64,000 nucleotides of DNA. Origin: Amoebophrya sp. A120. Taxonomy: Eukaryota; Protista; Dinoflagellata. Shown in pieces: positions 47,301 to 56,000 of this stretch (position 1 is the first letter of the stretch; each line of letters opens with the position of its first letter). A model generated the notes under the pieces. That model saw only the letters and a program-made list of their open reading frames with translations, was not told the DNA's origin and did not search any database. A program made the translations under genes and the position numbers. The stretch covers positions 15,996,142 to 16,060,141 of the forward strand of contig CAJINV010000001.1 of the NCBI GenBank assembly GCA_905178155.1, in the 5' to 3' direction.

Positions 47301-50242
47301 CTGTTGCGACCTGCTGTTTATTTGGTTGACAAAATCCGAGCAATGCAAGGCCTGTCGAAAAAAAAAAGAGAAAAGCCACGGTAGCTGAGCGCGGGGACAC
47401 TCTGAGAATATGACTGAAGGGAAAGCCATTAGACTACGAGGGAAAATATGTAAAGCGCCAGATGATGAGAAAAGCGAAAAACTTACGTAGGGGCTCGCTA
47501 GCTAGTAAGGGTGAGAAGGGCTATCAATCGCAAGCAAAGCGACCTAGAGAGAAAACGCTTAAGATTCGACAGAAGCCAAAAGGATCAAAGATGGGAACAA
47601 AGTGAAAAAACAACAGAGAATCAGCGGCGCAGGCTAGGGAAAAAAAATGCTTAGCGGCCTCTCAGGAACAAGAAGAAAAACGTAACCAAAAAACCAGAAG
47701 AGATTCTTTCACTTAGGGGAAAAAAAAGAGGATAGGACTCAGCAAAAAACACGCTCAGCATGCTATTGGAAAAAAAAGAAGAACACTGAAATGCAAATTT
47801 GTGGTTTGTCATGCAAAAATGTTTTTTGAAGAACACTGAAATGCAAAAAAGAAGAACACTGAAATGCAAATTTGTGATGCTGTTTCTCAAAGAAAGTTAC
47901 ACTTACACACTATTTTTCCTGGATAAGTCGCCGTGCTGCGTCACAATCAGCGTCTCGCCGACCCGCTTGAACCACTTCATCATCTGCATCACAATGGCCG
48001 GCACGCCGAACGAGCGGAGGAAACAGTACATGTTGGTGTTCCCCACGTTCACCCAGGTTCCCTGCATGTCCGGCAGGTCTTCCGATCGCGACTTGGACAA
48101 CAGGTGGTGCGGCACGCCCACCAGTTCAGGCTTCCCTCGGTCATACAGCCCGACACGCAGCTATGACGGTAGATAACTCCCCCTCGCCCTCATTCGGGTG
48201 GAGTGCGCAGCGAGAGAAGCTCAGGATCAGTATCAGATGCAGCTTTTGCATAACAAATTTCATTTGAGGGCAAATTTTATTCATTGCTCTTTCGGGAAGT
48301 GCCGCGAGGTGTATTTGCTATTCGGTACTTGTTTGGCATGACAACTGAGGGGGAGTTGTGCACTCTGATAACAATTTGGCGTGCAGCGGCGAGAAGCGCT
48401 CCGCGTTGTTAGCGGAGAGCATCTGCTCCTCTTCGGCGGAAAGTGGCACTTCGGGATTTTCAAACGCATCCCACATCCACGGGAGATTTTTTGGAATTTT
48501 CCCCGGATCTAATCGGACTTCTCTGGTCTCAACTGCAAACATGTCTGGGTCTGGCAAGATATCGACTCTATCGCGCAGGAACCTCGTCGTGTGAGTCACC
48601 TACAGTAAAAGCCGGTATGCACGGCATACTAGCATCACATATTTATCTCTAAAAGCCCCTCAATTATGCCTATTCCACATGATAGGAAAATCACTGTTCG
48701 CGTGGCAACACAGGCGCAGCTCTTGCTGCTCCCCGCAAGAAAGATTTTTGTGTGCCAGCTGAAGACTTAGACTACAGAGACCATGATCACAAGCTTGCGT
48801 CCTCCTCCTCCCGGAAATTCAGACATATTTGCAAGGGATACATGGGCAGCTTCAGCTTGTCCCGCAGAACCACGAGGTCCGCTCGGCCAATCATGTCGCG
48901 AGTGCTGGGGATGGCGCCGTTCTTCGAGCTGTCGTCGATCGACAACAAGTCGCGCAAGGTCGGTATGTTCGCATTCCACCGCGATGTTTCTTCCGATGTG
49001 CCGCTATTCGCGGTAATCTGCCGGGTCGCCGCGCCACGGGTACCTCCATCGGAGGGTGTCGCGAAAGAGTTTTTTCTGGGGAGCGCTGCAACATTACTGT
49101 CCTGGTCGCTTTTCACTGCAACAACTTCGCCCTGTTTTTCTTTCGCGAGGACACCATTTTGTTCCTGTGTCGAGGTCGGTAGCTCTTTTTTCGACTCAGT
49201 TCGGGTGCTAGTGGACCCGGCGTGAGTCGCTTTAATACTGGGCAGCTGCGCAGTACTAGGTACAACTTCGTCCACCTGCTCGTTTGAAGCAGCTGGGATT
49301 TTCTCTTCGTCATTACTGCCGCCAGATTCCAGTTTCGGAGTTTTTGTACCGACGTCCGTGGTAGGCTTTTGGTTTCCTTTCTTCTGTTCATCTTTGTTGG
49401 CACTATTTTGCACGTGGTCCCACGTGTATTTGCGCGGCGGGTCGAGAAGAAAAGCGTCAAACAGCAAAGCCATGGTCTCACCGCAACTGCAACACATCAG
49501 CAGGCTGTTATGGATTGCAAATATGTCTGGGTCTGGAAGGTTGGAACTTGTAATGCTAGCTCTACATTCGTGAGAAATCTGTATTGCATAACCAACAAAT
49601 AGAGCCGCAGCCTTTTCGTTACATACAAGATCGCAGCTTCTCATGCGGAATGCCTATGGGAAAGCGTTCTGGGAAGTTGTCATGCTGGGCTGCATTCGGG
49701 AAGTGTTTCCATCATGCACATTTTAGCATCGCAAAATTTCAGACCCAGACACATTTGCATTTGGTAGTCGTGGTAGCTGAACGAATCGCGGAAACCTGTT
49801 TTCTTCGCCAACTCCTGTACAAATTAATTTGTTTCGCGAAAAAATTTTATCATCCAGTATGCATCAATAGACATCGTCCTGCATCGCAAGGTAGCCAATT
49901 TGACTCATAGCACAAACCCAAAACCTCTTTCATCGGAAGATACATTGAGTTCGCAAAAAAGCACCCGCCTGAGTGTACCGCTCGCAGCCCAGCAGTTTCG
50001 CTCTCCCCACAGATTGCAAATTGCGGAAAGGAGTGTCGTCTCCTCTTCGTGATAAAACCATCTGGCTTGATAGACGCCGAACGAGACTTCGAGCTCTCTT
50101 TCCGACGATGCGAACATCCGGCAATGTTCAATGGTGCCTCCGAAAGAGGCTCCTCGGAAGACGCCGTTGGGGGCTCCATCGTCATAGCGCTGGTATCATG
50201 TGTGGTCCTGATTAATAGAACAGAGTGCCACGACTTCTTCAC
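38400..50242 (-). CDS. Very large multi-exon protein with two FABP/lipocalin-like domains and a hydrophobic C-terminal region (ends approximate; could be two genes)
   Basis: LPDMQGTWVNVGNTNMYCFLRSFGV (~48060) and LPDFAGTWVEYSN (~43120) resemble the FABP GxW N-terminal motif. Exons join in frame across the introners checked (e.g. HGDCLSME, EWNPERYN, ALLGTASV, SMPLLRAG). Confidence 0.65.
38728..39003. mobile_element. Introner family A (diverged)
   Basis: DR cgcag/cgcag. Confidence 0.85.
39276..39548. mobile_element. Introner family A (diverged)
   Basis: DR ggcag/tccag. Confidence 0.8.
39633..39893. mobile_element. Introner family A (diverged)
   Basis: DR tccaa/tccaa. Confidence 0.8.
40651..41113. 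mobile_element. Introner family B carrying a 131-bp insert
   Basis: DR aagag/acgag. Insert 40719-40849 is flanked by gatgctgtattt twice. Confidence 0.85.
41486..41719. mobile_element. Introner family A, close sister of 49509-49766
   Basis: DR tccca/tccca; aligns along most of its length with the 49509 copy. Confidence 0.92.
42715..42910. mobile_element. Introner family A (diverged)
   Basis: DR gccga/gccgg. Confidence 0.75.
43246..43713. mobile_element. Introner family A, enlarged by ~200 bp
   Basis: DR ggttc/tgttc. Excision gives EWNPERYNT. Confidence 0.85.
44118..44266. mobile_element. Introner family B (short)
   Basis: DR ccgca/ccgca. Confidence 0.85.
44373..44694. mobile_element. Introner family B
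   Basis: DR gactg/gactg. Confidence 0.9.
45100..45338. mobile_element. Degenerate introner (family C-like right end; left end unclear)
   Basis: Right end aattctggggtgggggcacttatcaata and internal TTGT(C/A)(A/T)TGC motifs. A GT-AG intron (gtatcg...aaatag on minus) also joins the frames. Confidence 0.5.
45504..45844. mobile_element. Introner family B
   Basis: DR cggtc/cggtc. Excision gives YWTRDRKCSF. Confidence 0.88.
45998..47925. mobile_element. Introner enlarged to 1.9 kb by a nested insert
   Basis: TIR tat(g/c)ca(a/g)gaaaaa...tgtgtaagt; DR agtcg/agtcg. Excision gives QHGDCLSMESW. Confidence 0.85.
48231..48370. mobile_element. Short degenerate TIR element within an intron
   Basis: tatcagatgca / tgcactctgata. 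DR is poor and simple excision does not restore the frame. Confidence 0.45.
48527..48840. mobile_element. Introner family A
   Basis: DR tctgg/catgg. Excision gives KLPREVRLDP. Confidence 0.82.
49509..49766. mobile_element. Introner family A
   Basis: DR gctgt/gtcgt. Confidence 0.88.
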
Positions 50243-50921
50243 GACAGGATCAACACCTCTTCAAGGGTCAAATCCCTTGGCCCCTCGACCTGCCCACATC
50301 GGGGACGACAAATCGATAATCTTAATCTCGGCTAAGTTTGTCTGATGTGATTCCAAACGCAGTGGACAAAGATGAAGCTAAGCCCTCATTGGCGCTTGTG
50401 GCATACTTTCATTGATAAAAAACTGAGCCGTCGAGGGCACGGCCGGTGTCGTGCAGCAGATCGCCGTCGCAAGGGAATCAATGTTGCCAAAGACAATCAT
50501 TGGCAACACCCGAACAGCTAGTACCGAATCCGAATCAATTCGAAGAACAGATAGAGCCGTAAAGTAGACAAGCTTATGCTATGAATGATCACCGACATAG
50601 TCATAGACCGACTCAAAAAAACAAATAGTAAAACAGCTACATCTTCTCGCGAGACAAAAAAAACCAGCAAACCAGACCGAATTGAAAAGGTCTCAACGTA
50701 AACATTACAGAACCTTTTCGACTCCGCAACAAACAAACCGGAAGCTAAAAGTGAGCGCCGCACTCACGACTCCTTCATCTGATGAGGGTATGCAATAGTG
50801 CCGGTTTATTTGTGATGAACGCAATGTATTCCCTTCCATTCTTCCACTTCAACATTCCGCTCGAATCATAACGAGCAGTAGACGATGAACATGAAACGCA
50901 CTTTATTGTCGAAACAATAAA

Positions 50922-52343
50922 TCAGGATGATTCTGCTAGTGGATTTTCTGGTTCTCCTGTTGGACTTTCCACGCCCACATCTGCTTGCTGATCGGACATT
51001 CCTTGCATGTTTGCCAGCGGCTGTTCGCCGTCCCCCGGGCCCGCTTCGCCTTCCGGCCGGCCGCCCAGCTCCGCCTCCGTTTCCTCGTCCTCCTCCTCCT
51101 TGTGCTCTTGTACCGGCGTTTTTGTCCCAGCTTCCTCTTCTGCCTCAGTTTTCTGAAACGCCATCTCCTCCTCGTTGTCTTCCTTCGCTCTATCGCCCGC
51201 ATCGGGCTCGTGGTTGTTGTGTTCCGCATTTTTTTCTCCCTCCGCCTCGAGGTCCTCCTCCTTTTGTTCCGCCGATTCGAGTTCCTTTGGCGGAACTTCG
51301 CCATTTGCTTCCATCTCCTCAAGCTTCTTCTCGCGCTCCATTTCCGCAACCCGCTCCTTCACGGACTTGCCGCCAGTTTCCTTGTCCCCGACACTGTGCT
51401 CCTCGACGTGCTCCCCGCCTATCGATTTCTGCACCTCGTCCTGCCCCACGTACTCCGCCTCCCCGCGTGGAACTTTGGTTTCGTGCTGCCCCGCGGATTT
51501 CTCTGCGGTCTCAGGATCAACGTACGGGCCGTCCTCGTCGGAGCCGGAGGAAAACAACCCGGAGAAGCTCGTGCTGGCGACGCGTTTTGCAGCAGATGAA
51601 ATGCGGACACTGGGTAAAATTTTTGCAGGTGCAGCCGCTGCGTTGTGGGGGAACAATCCGAACCGCGGGAACTGGTCTAGGACCTGCTTCAGATCTTCCA
51701 GAGCATCGGTAGAAAGAACACGTAAATGACTAAGAGCTCCCATTTTTCTGGAATTCAATGTGTACCCAAAATAAGCCAACAGATAGAAACCTGAACAACA
51801 GATGGAGCCGAACCTTCGCCAATAGTTAGATAGAAAGATGGTGATTGAGTGTTTGGAAACGATAAACGATTTAGTACTACTCCTTGTCCAAATCTTTTCC
51901 AAGCATTTTCACGGCAAAACGCATGTGCAAGCAACCGAGCGACTGGCGAAAAACGACCTTGCTTGGTAGCGGCGAAGACGACTCGAGACGAAGGATGTGT
52001 ACGAGTGGAAAAGGAAACCTGGGTGTTCCCCCAATGCTTGAAGGCAGAAGTTTTATTGCGAAGAAACAACGATACATCCCTGGAGAAACAAAATTGAGCA
52101 AGGCAACGATGTTCTCAGACTTGGAACAAAATGCAAACCGGGAGTCCCGGCGGCAGCAGTAGGAAATACATAGTGAGCACGCAAACCTCTCAAGGCGAGA
52201 GACGCATCAAACCTCTCAGGCGCAAAGAGGTTGGATTTTGAACGGCAATACTTCATCTTCATCTTTGCGAAATGAGGTTCCAAGTACCGCTCTTGCATTA
52301 TCATCGCGGCCTTCAAGCAATCCTGATTGTACTTAAGCGTCAA
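50922..52343 (-). CDS. Hypothetical protein with Glu-rich C-terminus (5' exon structure uncertain)
   Basis: Acidic ORF from 50922 to ~51740; possible upstream exon 52343 to ~52200. Confidence 0.6.
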
Positions 52344-53048
52344 ACAATGCTTATTGCCGAAAAGCAGTTTCGTTTGTTAGTGAATTCAAGGTGATATCAT
52401 CTTTTCATGTTCTCACAGTTGTGAGTCGTTGGAATATAAAAACAGACACATTTTTTGCCACTGCGCTTGCCCCTGCCGATTCCAACCTCGCCTCCAGCAC
52501 TGGTTTTACTCAATTGTGATAAGTACGCGGCCTCGGTTTACGAAGCCTCCGCTCTGCGTGGATGCTTTGACTTCTTTTCGACCGCAGGCAATTGTGAATG
52601 TCACATCACAAGCGAGGTTCAAGATTTCATAGAGGAGCAGACTCTTCTCCGCTGGCCGCGACGCAAGAGAAAATTGAAAATTCAGCTTCCAAAGCTGATT
52701 CCAGCGAATGGATTGGGATTAAGATTATCACCTTGCTCCCCACTCCTGGCTGCGGCACCCTCCGAATTTTCTCGCGCACGTTTCGCCTTGACACCTGCAG
52801 AGTCGTCGATACCAAGCCACGTTGTCGATGATGAAGTTCGCCGCATAAAGTTAAAGATCAACTTCGCGGAAAACGCACTCAAGTCAAAACATTGGAGATC
52901 TTTATTTGTCGGCTAGCTACATATTTGATCTTGAAGGATGGTTGGATGACCTCTTCGGTCCACATTTTCCAAAATTCTACATAGGTGCGAATTTTCTCCC
53001 CAACAGAACTGGAACTGCTGCTGCTTAATACGTAAGCTATACTTACTC

Positions 53049-56000
53049 CTATCGGAGTTTATCACTAGCAAGAAAGGTTGCGAAATCTTTCGGATCCATG
53101 TGCATTAGCAGCTGGTAGGACTGCTGCTCGTCCGAGGGTCGTGCAGACGGTTGTTCTAGTTCGTCGGGCTTTTCGGCTGACGAAACTACAGCTTCAAGGA
53201 CCACTTCTTCCTCAGTTGCAGCAGCAGTAGAGCCGCTGTGCTTTTCGATCTTCAAAAAACCAGTAAAGTCTGCACCTGCAGGCACAATGCCGTTTGAGCT
53301 GCTGATCGCGGCACCGCTTGCTTCTGCCTCGTCAGCTGCGTCGTCGCGCGCTCGCTTCTTCCGCCCTGCCGGTGCGGCGACGGGCGCCGCCTTCGGAGTC
53401 GAGGCGCCGTTGGTAGTTGTGGTCTCTTTCACTTCCAGCGGCGGGGTGTCGCCGTCAAGATTCTGCCCAAATCGCTCCGTTGCCGTCGCGCCGCCAAATG
53501 CGTTCTTGCCATTGCCTGTCGTTTCATTTTGAAACGCGAAAATGAAAGACGTCTTTGAGTCTCCACCAAAAAAAGTCCGCAAAATTCAACAACAAACTGT
53601 GAGAGCACCAGCAGAGCATAGGCTGAGCACGCATCTTTGCAACTATGAACCAAAAAGTGAGTACCGAAAATGCTTTTCGTCCCTGTCGAAGCGAACACGT
53701 CGTTGAAAGAGCCAGTGTCTTGGCTCAACGGCCCACCGAAAAGGCTGTTCCCTGCCGCTGCACCGCCGCCGAAAATGGAGCCTGTCGTCGTTTTCCGGTC
53801 CTGGGAAGAACTTCGCCCCGTTTTTTTGCTCGAGGAGGCCCTTGCGTTCTTCTTTGAGGCGGAGAAAAGCGGCTTGCTTTCGTCTAACACGTTCGTGCTG
53901 GGTGCCCGCCCGAAGATGCTGGTTTCCGGCTTGGGTGCGAAAATCCCTTGGTTGGTGGAGGAAGCCTCGAAAATGCTGCGTCGCTTGGTCGGGCGCTCGC
54001 CGTCTTGCTTTATCGCGGACGCTTCCAGCTGGTTCAGCTTCTCCGCTTTTGGGTCGGCATTGCCAAAGATACTGGTGATTTTGTCCTTGTCCGCGCCGAT
54101 TCCGCCCGAAAGGGTTCCGAAAATCGAGTTCTCCGCGGGTTTGGCCTTCGGCGTGGAACCGCCAAAAATGTTAGAACTAGTGGAGGTCGCAGTGGTGGTA
54201 GTTGTCGTGGTCCCGAAAATGGATGTCGTTTTATTGTTTGCATCCGAACTGGGAGGTGCTGGTGCAGCGGGGGCCACTACTCCGAAGATGTTGGTGGTAC
54301 TAGTAGAACTACCTTTGATGTCACCACCTAGTAGCCCGCCTCCGAAAATTGATCCCGTCGACGACGCAGGTGGCGCAGCACCTCCGAAAATCCCGGTCCC
54401 CGCTGGTGCGGGTTTTGTTTCAGCAGGAGCGCCTGCTGTACTCTCTTTCTTCTCGCCTTCTGCTGCTCCCGCAGCGGGCGCCTTGGTACTATCCGCGGCC
54501 TCTCCTCCTGCAGATTTTGACTCTGCGCTGCCAAAAGTGGGCGACGCCTTTGCGGGCTGTTCCGAGGACTTCACCGGGTTTCCGAAAATGCTCGTCGAGG
54601 TGGACGCTGTCGCAGCGTTCCCGAAAATGCTGGTTGAGGCTATGACTTGCTCAAGCGTTACAATCTCAAATCGGTTACCATAGAATCTGGAATTTGTGTT
54701 GCATGATGAGCATGACAGACTCGCACAAAAGCGTTCCACCTTTTGCAATACAAATTTCGCCAGATTGTAGTGATGTTTGGGGTTCCGGAACTTGTCATGC
54801 GCAGTCCTAGGAGAGTTGGCTAGATCATGCACTCTTGCATCACAGATTTCCATATTCTATGGTAACCGATTTGAGATTGTAACACCTGAGCGGGTTATAG
54901 AGGCGCTGCCACCCGCGGGTGCGGCGCTTCCGAACAAACTGCCACCTGCCGGCAAATGTAAAAATGTAAAAATGTCTGGGTCTGGAAGAATGCAACTTGT
55001 GATGCTGTGTTTCGATGTCTAAAAAATTTGTGTTGCATGAGCAGCAAACAGAGTCTAATTTTTGCTACGCGGAGAAGGCATTTGTCATGCGGAATGGGCA
55101 TCAAAAATCCCTCAACAAACCTGTGATGCTGGAGCATGCATTACAGGCATCGTGGGTCATGACAAATATGCATGACAAATCTTGCATTCTTCCAGACCCA
55201 GACATTTTTACGGTTGATACGCTGCCACCCGCTGGTGCGGCGCTTCTAGAGCTTTAACACGCGTTAGCATGAGACGTGGTGAATCTCTAGTGAATTTTGC
55301 GTGACAAATTGCAGATGAGTCCGCCGGGACATTGTCCCTCTTGGCCCTGTTCTGGGAAGTGGGTTCTGCACAGACACCGCAAAAGTCAAGGCTTATGCGG
55401 CGGGCAGCTTCTAGACATGGCCTGGGTGCCGTTCTTTGGCCATGTCTATTCGTCTCCCTGAGCTCGCACAAGAGTACTGCAGCAGCCGCGGCAAAGACGC
55501 CAAAAAGCAAGTGCTGCGAAGCAAATGCAATTAGGCAAGAAGGCGCGGAGGCAAGGGTAAAGGACCAGGCCGAGAGCTTTGACGCGTCTATCCGGCAGGC
55601 GCGTGAACTCTCCCCCTCCCGACCTTTTCGGCAGAATATAGCCGGGCTGAGGGCAGCAGAGGGCGCTTGTCTTTCCCCCTCGGCCCCACTTCCCAGGGCC
55701 TATTTGCTGACTTCCTTGAGCACTTTTCTGCGCTAAAGTTTGCTTATCACGGTCGAAAAGGCGGGCCCGGTGAATTTTGGGGTGAATTTTGAAAAAACCG
55801 TGGGCGAATTTTGGCCCGAGGTGCCTATTCAAAATTCGCTAACGCACGAGAAACTTCGGGTTTTGGGGCTTCAAAAAAGTGTCGCCAAAACAAAAAGCCC
55901 CAAAATTCACCAAGGGAATTCCTGCCCTGGGGGCCACGTCGAAACGGCCTCGCTCCGGAGGCAAAAACACGCCTGGGGAGTTGTGAGCAGAGCACAGCAG

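Noticed and set aside
20974-55219. Recurrent peptides MSGSGR / LPDPDIF / EKSPLP as a protein repeat
   Set aside because: They are translations of introner TIRs.
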